64,000 bases of DNA, from positions 401 to 64,400 of the forward strand of contig JALSKD010000177.1 of NCBI GenBank assembly GCA_026989015.1, read 5' to 3'. The notes under the pieces were generated by a model. It had not been told where the DNA came from. It ran no database searches and saw nothing but the letters and a program-made list of their open reading frames with translations. Source of the DNA: Gammaproteobacteria bacterium. GTDB taxonomy: Bacteria > Pseudomonadota > Gammaproteobacteria > GCA-001735895. The position numbers were made by a program, and so were the translations under genes. Shown one piece after another: positions 38,836 to 48,144 of this stretch (position 1 is its first letter; the number at the start of each line of letters is the position of its first letter).

Positions 38836-40247
38836 CGTTTCGGTTTGATGGCGAGGAAGATCGGGCTGCCACGGCGGTGGATCAGGATCGCCACCGACTT
38901 GCCGGGCTTGAGGGACTTGACCAGTCGGTTGAAGTCCTCGGCCGATTTGACCGGGCGGTTGTCGATCATGCTGACCACATCACCCGGCTTGATTCCGGCT
39001 TCGGCGGCCGGGCCATCGGCATCGACCGCCAAGACCTGTACGCCGGAATCCACCTTCAGTTTCTTCTTCGCGGCATCATCCAGCGGCTTGACCGACAGGC
39101 CCAGTGCCGATTCTTCCATCGGTTTTTCTTCCGGCGCCTGTTCCGGCTCGCCGGTATCGGTTTCGCTCGGCAACTGTTCGATGCGCACCTTGAGGGTCTT
39201 GCGCTTCTTGTTGCGGATCACCACCACCTCGGCCGTCTTGCCGACCGGGAAGCGACCCACCAGCGGCGGCAGCGCGCTGGAACGGGCGACCTTCTTGCCG
39301 TTGAATTCGACGATCACATCGCCAACCCGCAGTCCCGCCTTCTGCGCCGGGCTGTCGGGCATCACCTTGGCCACCAGGGCGCCGTGCGGGGTTTCCATGC
39401 CGAAGGATTCGGCCAGATCACGGGTGACTTCCTGGATCAGCACGCCCAGCCAGCCACGGGAGACACTGCCCTTGGTCTTGATCTGCTCGGCCACATCCAT
39501 CGCCAGCTCGATGGGAATGGCGAAGGACAACCCCATGAAACCTCCGGTACGGCTGTAGATCTGCGAATTGATGCCGATCACCTTGCCATCGAGGTTGAGC
39601 AGCGGCCCACCGGAGTTGCCCGGATTGATCGCCACATCGGTCTGGATGAAGGGCACATAGTTGTCGCTCGGCAGGCTGCGTCCCAGCGCGCTGACGATGC
39701 CGGCGGTCACCGAATGGTCGAAACCGAAGGGCGAACCGATGGCCAGCACCCACTGGCCGACCTTGAGCTTCTCCGAATCGCCGATGGTCACCGTCGGCAG
39801 ATCCTCGTCGGCGTCGATCTTCAGCACCGCGATGTCCGCCGCCTTGTCGGAGCCGATCACCTTGGCCTCGTACTCCTTGCGGTTGGACATGCGCACGATC
39901 ACCTCATCGGCGCCATCGACCACATGATGGTTGGTCAGGATGTAGCCGTCCTTTGAAATGATGAAACCGGACCCGAGCGAATTGGACTCCCGGTCCGGAA
40001 TGCGGAGATTGCCGTCAGGGTCGAGAAATTTCTTGAACAGCTCGCCGAAAGGCGAATCCTCGGGCAGATCCGGGATCTGCAGGTGTTTCTTCAGCGTCGA
40101 TGCCCCGATTTTCTTGGTGGTCGAGATATTGACCACGGCATCCTTGGTTCTCTCGACGATGCCGGTGAAATCCGGAAGCTGGGCGAACAGGCTCGCGCTG
40201 AACAGCAGCAGGCTGATCGAAAACAGTTGGAGTAGAGGTCTTTTCAT
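38832..40247 (-). CDS. mucD: Periplasmic serine endoprotease DegP/DegQ/MucD (trypsin + 2 PDZ)
   Basis: …ILTNHHVV… (His), …DIAVLKI… (Asp), …GNSGGPL… (Ser), followed by two PDZ domains. Signal peptide. Confidence 0.9.
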   Translation of the reverse strand: MKRPLLQLFSISLLLFSASLFAQLPDFTGIVERTKDAVVNISTTKKIGASTLKKHLQIPDLPEDSPFGELFKKFLDPDGNLRIPDRESNSLGSGFIISKDGYILTNHHVVDGADEVIVRMSNRKEYEAKVIGSDKAADIAVLKIDADEDLPTVTIGDSEKLKVGQWVLAIGSPFGFDHSVTAGIVSALGRSLPSDNYVPFIQTDVAINPGNSGGPLLNLDGKVIGINSQIYSRTGGFMGLSFAIPIELAMDVAEQIKTKGSVSRGWLGVLIQEVTRDLAESFGMETPHGALVAKVMPDSPAQKAGLRVGDVIVEFNGKKVARSSALPPLVGRFPVGKTAEVVVIRNKKRKTLKVRIEQLPSETDTGEPEQAPEEKPMEESALGLSVKPLDDAAKKKLKVDSGVQVLAVDADGPAAEAGIKPGDVVSMIDNRPVKSAEDFNRLVKSLKPGKSVAILIHRRGSPIFLAIKPKR

Positions 40248-40324
40248 TGCAATTCTCGGTTCAATACTTTGGAAATGGACTCAATGCGTGTGATTACAGG
40301 TGCCCTGCACGGGGATGTGCCGTG

Positions 40325-40741
40325 TCAGGTCCGGCGCAGCACCCGCGGCCGGGTTTCGCGGCGACGCGCCATCCAGCGCGCCAGACCAAGACCGGCGAAC
40401 AATCCCGTCAGGCCCGCCAGAGCGGTCCAGCCATCCGAGCCGCCGGTCAGTGCATCGCCCACCAGGGCAAACACGATCAGGCCGAACAGCGGTGTCAGGT
40501 AAAGGATGAGACCGGCGCTGACCAGCTGACGCTCGGCCAGTCCCAGCACCACCCGATCAGCCGGTTGCAGGTCATGGGCCGGGATCGTCAAGCGGCGCTT
40601 GCGCTCGCCGAACAGGCGCCCCAGGCTGCCCATGCCGCATCCGCCGCGCAGCGAACAGGAAGAACAGCCTTCTTCATGCTGTACCTCGAGTTCGGCCTGC
40701 CCGTCGAAGATGCGGGTGACACGGGCCGGTTGCTCAATCAT
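40325..40741 (-). CDS. rseC: Sigma-E regulatory protein RseC
   Basis: …EEGCSSCSLRGGCG… Cys cluster plus C-terminal TM segments. Sits at the rseB 3' end. Confidence 0.8.
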   Translation of the reverse strand: MIEQPARVTRIFDGQAELEVQHEEGCSSCSLRGGCGMGSLGRLFGERKRRLTIPAHDLQPADRVVLGLAERQLVSAGLILYLTPLFGLIVFALVGDALTGGSDGWTALAGLTGLFAGLGLARWMARRRETRPRVLRRT

Positions 40742-41730
40742 GACGCACCCTCGTCGCGGAATACCGCTTCGGCAATGCGCTGCACCGTGTGCAACGGTGC
40801 CTCGCCAATGGCGGTGATGTTGACCTTGCCACGGCGCAGGCCAAAGGCATTGACGGCGCCCATGGCGGTCGCGCCCTCCAGCGCCCCTTCGGTGGCCGGC
40901 TCGATGAACACGGAAACCGAGGACATGCCGTCGGAAAGCACCATCTGCTGGACGAAGCCGTCACGATCGACACGCTGCTTGCGGTAGGCGGCCTCGAGAC
41001 GGAACCCCTCGGGCAGGTCTTCCAGTTTCCAGCGCGGGTCCGCCGCCACCCGGGCGGTGTTGTCGCCGGTATGGGACTGCACCCGCGCATAACTGTTGTC
41101 GACAGGCGGCAATAGCTTCAGCAACGCGGCGTCACCGGACTCGATCGGCTCGATCTGTACGAACATCACCTGTTCCCGCTTTTGACCCAGCTCGTCGAGC
41201 AGCACGGACTGCAGCATCAGCTTGCTGTCTTCGGCAATCCACAGCTTGAGGCCATAGCGCAGGTCGTCATTGGGCAGGATCGAAACGATCACGGCGGCCA
41301 GGTCGGCGATCCGGTCACGCCCCTCCACCGCAAAGCGGTAATGCTGCTGCAGCCGTTGCAACTCGCGGGGCACCCAGATCGGCGACAGCCGCCGCGCAGA
41401 GCTTGCGGTAAAGCGGTCGATGATGACCTGCCGGCTGTCGGGCCAGACACAGGTCAGGTTCTCGTTTTCGCGCAGCACCTCCCGGGCCTCGCCGTTGAGC
41501 GAGCGCAGCCGCTCACGGACGCCGCTGCCGTCATTGATGTGCAGCAGCGACAGGCTGTCGATGCGCCCGTCGTGGGCGAACACGAAGCGGCCACGATAAC
41601 TGAGTTGCTGCATCGCCTGCGCCATGTCACGCAGCCAGCCCAGCGCCTCGGCATCGCTGGCGGCGCGGGCGGCCTGAGTCAACGGCAGCGCGGTGATGAA
41701 CAGCAGGATGCAGAGGGTACGGCGCTTCAT
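40738..41730 (-). CDS. rseB: Sigma-E regulatory protein RseB/MucB
   Basis: Signal peptide and MucB/RseB fold. Operon position after rseA. Confidence 0.85.
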   Translation of the reverse strand: MKRRTLCILLFITALPLTQAARAASDAEALGWLRDMAQAMQQLSYRGRFVFAHDGRIDSLSLLHINDGSGVRERLRSLNGEAREVLRENENLTCVWPDSRQVIIDRFTASSARRLSPIWVPRELQRLQQHYRFAVEGRDRIADLAAVIVSILPNDDLRYGLKLWIAEDSKLMLQSVLLDELGQKREQVMFVQIEPIESGDAALLKLLPPVDNSYARVQSHTGDNTARVAADPRWKLEDLPEGFRLEAAYRKQRVDRDGFVQQMVLSDGMSSVSVFIEPATEGALEGATAMGAVNAFGLRRGKVNITAIGEAPLHTVQRIAEAVFRDEGAS

Positions 41731-41733
41731 CGC

Positions 41734-42390
41734 TCAGTTCTGCGCTCCGGCGGCCACCACCCGCACCTGCGGGATAATGCCCTGCAGCGATCCGGCGTAC
41801 TGGTTGTGATCGACCAGATAGCCATTGAGCTTGCGCTTGATCGCGGCGTTGTCGCGACGCACCGGAAGACTGCCGGTCGCCTCGCGTCCGGCGGGCGTGC
41901 CGCTGCCGGCAGCCGAGACCTTCACCGACGGAGCCAGCACCGGCAGCTGGGCCAGTTGCTCGATGCGCGGATCACTGGGCACCGCACTGCTGCTGGCGGT
42001 AACCACCGGCGCGGAGACGCCCGACGGCCCCGGGCTGCGGGTCAGCGAGGTCACCGCGACAAAGGCGACAGCCACCGCCACCGACAGGCCGGCGGCCGGA
42101 CGCAGCAGCGAGGACCACCAGGAGGCAGCGGCCTTGCGGGGCCGGTCCTGAGCGACCGCTGTTGCAGGCGGCATGTCCAGCTGCTCGATGTGCGCCATCA
42201 CGCTGGCGGAGAAATCGGCCTGGATGCGCTCCGGCAGTTCATGGCGCATGACTTCGCCGATCATCTGGTAGCGCTGCCAGCGCGCGCGTTCATTGACATC
42301 GGCCAGTACCCGATCGAGGGCTGCGCGGTCGTCGTGGTCGCCTTTCCAGTCGTCCAGCAGGCCGGACAGCATTTCCTGTGGTTCGTTCAT
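41734..42390 (-). CDS. rseA: Anti-sigma-E factor RseA/MucA
   Basis: N-terminal anti-sigma domain (…WQRYQMIGEVMRHELPE…SASVMAHIEQ…) and a central TM. Confidence 0.85.
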   Translation of the reverse strand: MNEPQEMLSGLLDDWKGDHDDRAALDRVLADVNERARWQRYQMIGEVMRHELPERIQADFSASVMAHIEQLDMPPATAVAQDRPRKAAASWWSSLLRPAAGLSVAVAVAFVAVTSLTRSPGPSGVSAPVVTASSSAVPSDPRIEQLAQLPVLAPSVKVSAAGSGTPAGREATGSLPVRRDNAAIKRKLNGYLVDHNQYAGSLQGIIPQVRVVAAGAQN

Positions 42391-42452
42391 GAGGCTCTAC
42401 CTGAGTTCATGTTGATATGGGGTGTTTCCCGTCTGTAGCTCGTGACCCTTAG

Positions 42453-43028
42453 TCATTGCAACAGCGGTCTTAGTTCCTTGTCGATGGCATCGCGGGCGCG
42501 GAATATGCGCGAGCGCACGGTGCCGATCGGGCAGCCCATGACCTGGGCGATGTCTTCGTAGCTCAAACCTTCGAGCTCGCGCAGCGTGATCGCGGTCTTC
42601 AGGTCTTCGGGCAGGTTCTCGATGGCCTTGAATACGGTCCGCTTGATCTCCTCGGTCAGCAGCAGGTTTTCCGGGTTGTCGTATTCCTTGAGTCCGCTCT
42701 CGCCAGCGAAATGTTCGGCATCCTCGACATCCACCGACCAGGTCGGGCTCTTGCGACTGCGCGACGCCAGATGGTTCTTGGCGGTGTTGGCCGCGATGCG
42801 GTAGATCCATGTATAGAACTGGCTGTCGCCGCGGAAGTTGTTCAGTGCGCGGTAGGCCTTGATGAAGGTCTCCTGCGCCACATCCTGGGCTTCGGACGGA
42901 TCCTGCACGAAACGCGATACCAGATTGATCACCTTCTGCTGGTACTTGCGCACCAGCAGGTCGAAGGCGGCCTTGTCGCCTGCCTGTGCGCGCCGTACCA
43001 GTTCGCTGTCCAGTTCTTCCGACCCCAT
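42453..43028 (-). CDS. rpoE: RNA polymerase sigma-E (RpoE/AlgU, sigma-24)
   Basis: …QKVINLVSRFVQDPSEAQDVAQETFIKAYRAL… (region 2) and …LEGLSYEDIAQVMGCPIGTVRSRIFRAR… (region 4). The start is the internal ATG; the track ORF extends spuriously to 43175. Confidence 0.9.
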   Translation of the reverse strand: MGSEELDSELVRRAQAGDKAAFDLLVRKYQQKVINLVSRFVQDPSEAQDVAQETFIKAYRALNNFRGDSQFYTWIYRIAANTAKNHLASRSRKSPTWSVDVEDAEHFAGESGLKEYDNPENLLLTEEIKRTVFKAIENLPEDLKTAITLRELEGLSYEDIAQVMGCPIGTVRSRIFRARDAIDKELRPLLQ

Positions 43029-43195
43029 GCAAAAACCCGTGTGTGTGACGATTGTTATACGATGACGCCGCCCCTCCCTGCGGCGCATCATCTGACCGGC
43101 AATATACCAAAAGATTCTCGGCGCCCCGCAAAAAAATCCTTTTTGCCGGCGCCCTGTCGTAAAATGCCTGCACATACCGCCATTTCAAGACGGCC

Positions 43196-44821
43196 ATGAG
43201 CAAACGCTATCAATACGATGTCATCATCGTCGGCGGCGGTGCCGCCGGCATGACCCTCGCCCTGCAACTGCCTGATCGGCTGTCGATCGCACTGCTGGCA
43301 AAGAGCCCTCACGACCAGAGCTCCACCTACTATGCCCAGGGCGGCGTATCGGCCGTGCTCGAGGGCAACGACAGCATCGCGCTGCATGTGGAAGACACCC
43401 TGAATGCCGGCGCAGGTCTGTGCGACCCCGAGATTGTGCGCCAGGTGGCCGAGACCGGACCGGAGATGATCGACTGGCTGGCCGGCCTCGGCATGCCCTT
43501 CACCCGCGATCCGGACGAACAGTCCAGCAGCGGCTATCACCTGACCCGGGAGGGCGGACACAGCCGACGCCGCGTGGTGCATGCCGCCGATGCCACGGGC
43601 AAGGCCCTGCAGAACACCCTGCTCGCCCATGTGGCGGAGCGGACCAACATCGACCGCTTCGAGCACGAAGTCGCCATCGACCTGATCACCGAGCAGGGCC
43701 GTTGCATCGGCCTCTATGCCTACAACCGCGAAAATCACCGGGTCAGCGTGTTCAAGGGCCGCAAGATCGCACTGGCCACCGGCGGCGCCAGCAAGGTCTA
43801 TCTGTATACCTCCAATCCCGACGGTTCCACCGGCGACGGCATCGCCATGGCCTGGCGCGCCGGCTGCCGCGTCGCCAACATGGAATTCATGCAATTCCAC
43901 CCGACCTGCCTCTACCACCCGGAGGCCAAGTCCTTCCTGATCTCCGAGGCCCTGCGCGGAGAAGGTGCGCGCCTCAAGCTGCCCGACGGAAAACGCTTCA
44001 TGCCGCGCTTCGACGAGCGCGCCGAGCTGGCGCCCCGCGACATCGTCGCCCGCGCCATCGACCATGAGATGAAGCGCCTCGGCATCGACTGTGTCTACCT
44101 CGACATCAGCCACAAGAGCCGCGCCTTCATCAAGTCGCACTTCCCGACCATCTACGAGCGTTGCCTGCATTACGACATCGACATCACCCGCGAGCCGATT
44201 CCGGTGGTGCCCGCCGCCCACTACACCTGCGGCGGAGTCATGATCGACGCCCACGGCTGCACCGACATCGATCACCTCTATGCCATCGGCGAAGTGTCCT
44301 ATTCCGGGTTGCATGGCGCCAACCGCATGGCCAGCAACTCCCTGCTGGAATGCCTGGCCTTCGGCCATGCCGCGGCGCGCCACATCGAACAGAGCATCGA
44401 TGCCGTCCCCATGCCGGGGAGGATCGCGCCCTGGGACGAATCGCAGGTCACCGATTCCGACGAAGAAGTCGTGGTCGCCCACAACTGGGACGAACTGCGC
44501 CGGTTCATGTGGGACTATGTCGGCATCGTGCGCACCAACAAGCGGCTGGAACGCGCCCTGCACCGCTGCGAACTGCTGAAATCGGAAATCAACGATTACT
44601 ACGGCAATTTCCGCGTAACCGGCGACCTGCTGGAACTGCGCAACCTGGTGGTGGTTGCCGAACTGATCATCCGTTCGGCAATGGCACGCCATGAAAGCCG
44701 TGGCCTGCACTACACCCTGGACTATCCCGACCTGCTGCCCGAGCCGAAGATCACCGTGCTCGAACCGGAACCCCGCGGCAAGCAAACCGAAGAGGACCCG
44801 GTGCGCCTGATCGGCCGCTGA
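43196..44821 (+). CDS. nadB: L-aspartate oxidase
   Basis: YDVIIVGGGAAGMTLAL… FAD fold with a succinate-dehydrogenase-like architecture. Divergent from rpoE as in E. coli. Confidence 0.9.
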   Translation: MSKRYQYDVIIVGGGAAGMTLALQLPDRLSIALLAKSPHDQSSTYYAQGGVSAVLEGNDSIALHVEDTLNAGAGLCDPEIVRQVAETGPEMIDWLAGLGMPFTRDPDEQSSSGYHLTREGGHSRRRVVHAADATGKALQNTLLAHVAERTNIDRFEHEVAIDLITEQGRCIGLYAYNRENHRVSVFKGRKIALATGGASKVYLYTSNPDGSTGDGIAMAWRAGCRVANMEFMQFHPTCLYHPEAKSFLISEALRGEGARLKLPDGKRFMPRFDERAELAPRDIVARAIDHEMKRLGIDCVYLDISHKSRAFIKSHFPTIYERCLHYDIDITREPIPVVPAAHYTCGGVMIDAHGCTDIDHLYAIGEVSYSGLHGANRMASNSLLECLAFGHAAARHIEQSIDAVPMPGRIAPWDESQVTDSDEEVVVAHNWDELRRFMWDYVGIVRTNKRLERALHRCELLKSEINDYYGNFRVTGDLLELRNLVVVAELIIRSAMARHESRGLHYTLDYPDLLPEPKITVLEPEPRGKQTEEDPVRLIGR

Positions 44822-44896
44822 TCCTCCTTCCCCGATGGGATATGGCCGGAATGGGCGCTTCGCGGCATAGTTCCGCTGTTTCGCCCGGAGATCGCC

Positions 44897-45313
44897 ATGC
44901 TGCTGCAGCACCAGCTACGCATCGACACGCGCCCGCGTTCCTCCCTCGATATCAGTAGCGAGGTGGACGGCGTGGTGCGCGAATCGGGCATCGGCACCGG
45001 CCTGTGTCATGTGTTCATCCATCACACCAGCGCCTCGTTGATGATCACCGAGAACGCCGACCCGTCGGTGCGCCGCGACCTCGAATACTTCATGCAGAAG
45101 ACGGTGCGCGATGGCGACCCCGGCTATGAGCACGACCTGGAAGGGCCCGACGACATGTCGGCGCACATCCGCAGCGTGCTCAGCGGCAGCGATCTGACCG
45201 TCCCGGTGAGCGGTGGCCGCCTCGCGCTCGGCACCTGGCAGGGGATTTTTCTCTGGGAACACAGGGCACGGGGCCACAGTCGCCGGATTACCGTAACGGT
45301 ACACGGGGAATAA
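44897..45313 (+). CDS. yjbQ: YjbQ/UPF0047-family protein (secondary thiamine-phosphate synthase-like)
   Basis: 138 aa with …GLCHVFIHHTSASLMITENADPSVRRDLE… as the family core. Confidence 0.7.
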   Translation: MLLQHQLRIDTRPRSSLDISSEVDGVVRESGIGTGLCHVFIHHTSASLMITENADPSVRRDLEYFMQKTVRDGDPGYEHDLEGPDDMSAHIRSVLSGSDLTVPVSGGRLALGTWQGIFLWEHRARGHSRRITVTVHGE

Positions 45314-45427
45314 GCACTGCTGATGAGGGTATTCTGCCGCTGCATTGTCCCGCGGCGGGCGTTTGATTTAGACTAGGCGGCCGTTTGAGCCAAAACAGAA
45401 CGAACACTTAGAGATAGAGGGTTTTCC

Positions 45428-47359
45428 ATGGCAGAGTCCGGACTTACTTATCGTCGCTACAAAGACGGAGAGCACAACTACCGTTCCTACGGAGAGAAAA
45501 TCTTCGAGCAGGACACCACCTACAAGTGCCCGACCTATGTCCACCGCACCCCGCCCTGCCAGGGCAGCTGCCCCTCCGGTGAAGACATCCGTGGCTGGCT
45601 GCAGATCGTTCGTGGCATCGAGAAACCCACCGGTGGCATGGAAAAGGTCGAATACGCCTTCTATCGCTCCACCGACGCCAACCCCTTCCCGGCGATCATG
45701 GGCCGCGTCTGCCCGGCGCCCTGTCAGGAAGGCTGCAACCGCAACGAGGTCGAGGACTTCGTCGGCATCAACTCCATCGAGCAGTACATCGGTGACTACG
45801 CCCGCGAACACGGACTCAAATTCCACGGTCCAGGCAAGGAAACAGGCAAGACCGTGGCCATCATCGGCGGCGGTGTCGGCGGCCTCGCCTGCGCCTACCA
45901 GCTGCGGCGCATGGGCCATGCGGTCAAGGTCTACGACAACCACAAGGAGCTGGGTGGCATGATGCGCTACGGCATTCCCGGCTACCGTACCCCCCGCGAT
46001 GTCATGGACCACGAGATCCAGCGCATCCTCGACCTCGGCGTCGAGGTGCACCTCAATACCTTCGTCGGCAAGGACATCACCCTCGAGCAGCTGCGCGAGG
46101 AGAACGACGCCGTGGTCATCGCCATCGGCGCCCAGGCCGGCCGCAACATTCCGATTCCCGGTAGCGATGCACCCAACTGCATTACCGGTGTCTCCTTCCT
46201 CGAGGCCTACAACGACGGCCGCCTGAAGTTCGTTTCCAAGCGCGTCGTGGTCATCGGCGGCGGCGACACCGCGATGGATGTCGTCTCCGTGGCTCGCCGT
46301 CTCGGCCATGTGCAGGCCAAGCATCCGGACGAGCGGCCCGAAGCCGTGGTCCTCAACCAGACCGCCCAGGATTGCGCCGTTGCCTGCAAGAAGGAAGGCG
46401 CCGAAGTCCTGCTGGTCTACCGCCGTCCGGTGGACCAGATGCCCGCCGCCGAGCATGAAGTCGAAGCCGCCCGCAAGGAAGGCGTCGAACTGCGAGGCAG
46501 CCTTGTGCCGATCGAAGTCATCAAGGACGAGGAAGGCCGCGCCAAGGCCCTGCGCGTGGCCAAGGCCGACTGGTCCAGCGGCAAGATGGAACTCATCCCC
46601 GACTCCGAATTCGAGATCGAGTGTGACCTGATCGTCTCTGCCATCGGCCAGGGCGGCGACCTCACCGGCATGGAAGACCTCGACAACGGCCGCGGTCTGA
46701 TCGACTCCGACAAGTACTACCAGGTGCCCGGACAGCAGGGCCTGTTCGTCATCGGCGACATCGTGCGCCCTCACCTGCTGACCACCGCCATCGGCCAGGC
46801 CTGGGTCGCTGCCGAGAGCATCGACCACTACCTGAAGAAAGAGGATCTCGGCAAGCGTCCCAAGGTGGATGTGCACCATTTCGACCTGCTCGAAAAACTC
46901 AAGGAAACCGGCCTCGCCCCCCAGCCCTACAGCCATGAGGAGACCTGGGGCACCAGCGAAGCCGATTTCGCCATCCACAATTATGAGGACCGTTCCGAGC
47001 AGGAGATCATTCCCGCCGACAAGCTGTTCCTCGGCCATTTCGAATACACTCCACGCATCAAACGCAAGGAAGTCGAAATCACGGCGGAAAATGTCATCGA
47101 CTCATACGAAGAGCGTTTCATCGGTCTGGAGGATGACCAGGCCACCCAGGAAGCCGACCGCTGCATGAGCTGCGGCATGTGTTTCGAGTGCGACAACTGC
47201 GTCATCTACTGTCCGCAGGACGCCGTCCACCGTACGCCGAAGGACAAGTCCACACTGGGCCGCTATGTGTTCACCGACTACACCCGCTGTATCGGCTGCC
47301 ACATCTGCGCCGATGTCTGCCCCACCGGCTACATCCAGATGGCGATGGGCGACCACTAG
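45428..47359 (+). CDS. GltD-family NAD(P)H-dependent FAD oxidoreductase with N-terminal Fe-S and C-terminal 2x[4Fe-4S] ferredoxin domain (DsrL-like architecture)
   Basis: N-terminal Cys clusters (CPTYVHRTPPCQGSCPSGEDI…RVCPAPCQEGCNRNEV), two Rossmann folds (TVAIIGGGVGGLACA; RVVVIGGGDTAMD), and a C-terminal CMSCGMCFECDNCVIYCP…CIGCHICADVCP. Confidence 0.75.
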   Translation: MAESGLTYRRYKDGEHNYRSYGEKIFEQDTTYKCPTYVHRTPPCQGSCPSGEDIRGWLQIVRGIEKPTGGMEKVEYAFYRSTDANPFPAIMGRVCPAPCQEGCNRNEVEDFVGINSIEQYIGDYAREHGLKFHGPGKETGKTVAIIGGGVGGLACAYQLRRMGHAVKVYDNHKELGGMMRYGIPGYRTPRDVMDHEIQRILDLGVEVHLNTFVGKDITLEQLREENDAVVIAIGAQAGRNIPIPGSDAPNCITGVSFLEAYNDGRLKFVSKRVVVIGGGDTAMDVVSVARRLGHVQAKHPDERPEAVVLNQTAQDCAVACKKEGAEVLLVYRRPVDQMPAAEHEVEAARKEGVELRGSLVPIEVIKDEEGRAKALRVAKADWSSGKMELIPDSEFEIECDLIVSAIGQGGDLTGMEDLDNGRGLIDSDKYYQVPGQQGLFVIGDIVRPHLLTTAIGQAWVAAESIDHYLKKEDLGKRPKVDVHHFDLLEKLKETGLAPQPYSHEETWGTSEADFAIHNYEDRSEQEIIPADKLFLGHFEYTPRIKRKEVEITAENVIDSYEERFIGLEDDQATQEADRCMSCGMCFECDNCVIYCPQDAVHRTPKDKSTLGRYVFTDYTRCIGCHICADVCPTGYIQMAMGDH

Positions 47360-47383
47360 GCTTCATACCGCTCGCTACAGGCT

Positions 47384-47418
47384 CGACCGGCAAGTGCCGG
47401 TCGGGCCTTTTGCTTTTC
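47384..47418 (+). terminator. Intrinsic terminator after DsrL-like gene
   Basis: CGACCGGC-aagt-GCCGGTCG hairpin followed by GGCCTTTTGCTTTT. Confidence 0.55.
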
Positions 47419-47450
47419 AACCTTTCTGTAAACACGAACGAGGAAACATC

Positions 47451-48092
47451 ATGAAACTGATTCTGTTGGGCGCTCCCGGCGCCGGCAAGGGCACCGTGGC
47501 CAAGCTGCTGACCCAGATCGACGGCTCGGTACAAATCTCCACCGGCGACATCCTGCGCGCCGCCGTGGCCGCCGGCACCGAACTGGGCAAGAAGGCCGAA
47601 GCCGCCATGAAAGCCGGTGACCTGGTCTCCGACGACCTGATCATGGGCATCATGGAAGAACGCCTGAAGGAAGACGACTGCAAGAACGGCTACCTGCTCG
47701 ACGGCTTCCCGCGCACCATTCCCCAGGCCGAGGCACTGAAGGAACTGCTGGCCAAAATGGGCGAACAACTCGACTGTGTGGTCAACATCGATGTGCCGCG
47801 CGAGGTCATCCTCGACCGCCTGACCACCCGCCGTACCTGCACCGATTGCGGCGCCATCTACAATGTCAAGTCCAACCCGCCGAAGGAAGAAGGCAAATGC
47901 GACAAGTGCGGCGGTCCGGTGGTCCAGCGCGATGACGAAACCGAGGAAGCCATCGGCAATCGCCTCGATGTGTACGAGGAGAAGACCGCCCCGCTGGTCG
48001 GTTTCTACGAGAAGGAAGGCCTGCTGCTGACCGTTGAGGCCACCTCCAGCGATGCCGTCATCGACGCCATCAAGGAGAAGCTGGGCCTCTGA
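47451..48092 (+). CDS. adk: Adenylate kinase (zinc-binding LID)
   Basis: MKLILLGAPGAGKGT… with CTDCG…CDKCGG in the LID. GAGGAAA ribosome-binding site. The track ORF starts upstream at 47265. Confidence 0.95.
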   Translation: MKLILLGAPGAGKGTVAKLLTQIDGSVQISTGDILRAAVAAGTELGKKAEAAMKAGDLVSDDLIMGIMEERLKEDDCKNGYLLDGFPRTIPQAEALKELLAKMGEQLDCVVNIDVPREVILDRLTTRRTCTDCGAIYNVKSNPPKEEGKCDKCGGPVVQRDDETEEAIGNRLDVYEEKTAPLVGFYEKEGLLLTVEATSSDAVIDAIKEKLGL

Positions 48093-48117
48093 TCCAGCCC
48101 CCGCTCTTCGACCCACG

Positions 48118-48144
48118 AAAAAGCCGGCCCAGCGCCGGCTTTTT
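48118..48144. terminator. Bidirectional intrinsic terminator (adk / EAL gene)
   Basis: AAAAA-GCCGGC-ccagc-GCCGGC-TTTTT. Confidence 0.7.

Noticed and set aside
36599-39956. Plus-strand ORFs of 682 and 464 aa over lepA, grx and mucD.
   Set aside because: Antisense to highly conserved housekeeping genes.
43088-44911. 607-aa minus-strand ORF opposite nadB, and the track extension of rpoE to 43175.
   Set aside because: nadB identity is unambiguous. rpoE starts at the internal ATG (43028) with sigma-70-family region 2 at the expected offset. The extension has no homology.
45368-47038. 556-aa minus-strand ORF opposite the DsrL-like gene.
   Set aside because: Antisense artefact. The sense strand carries canonical Rossmann and ferredoxin motifs.
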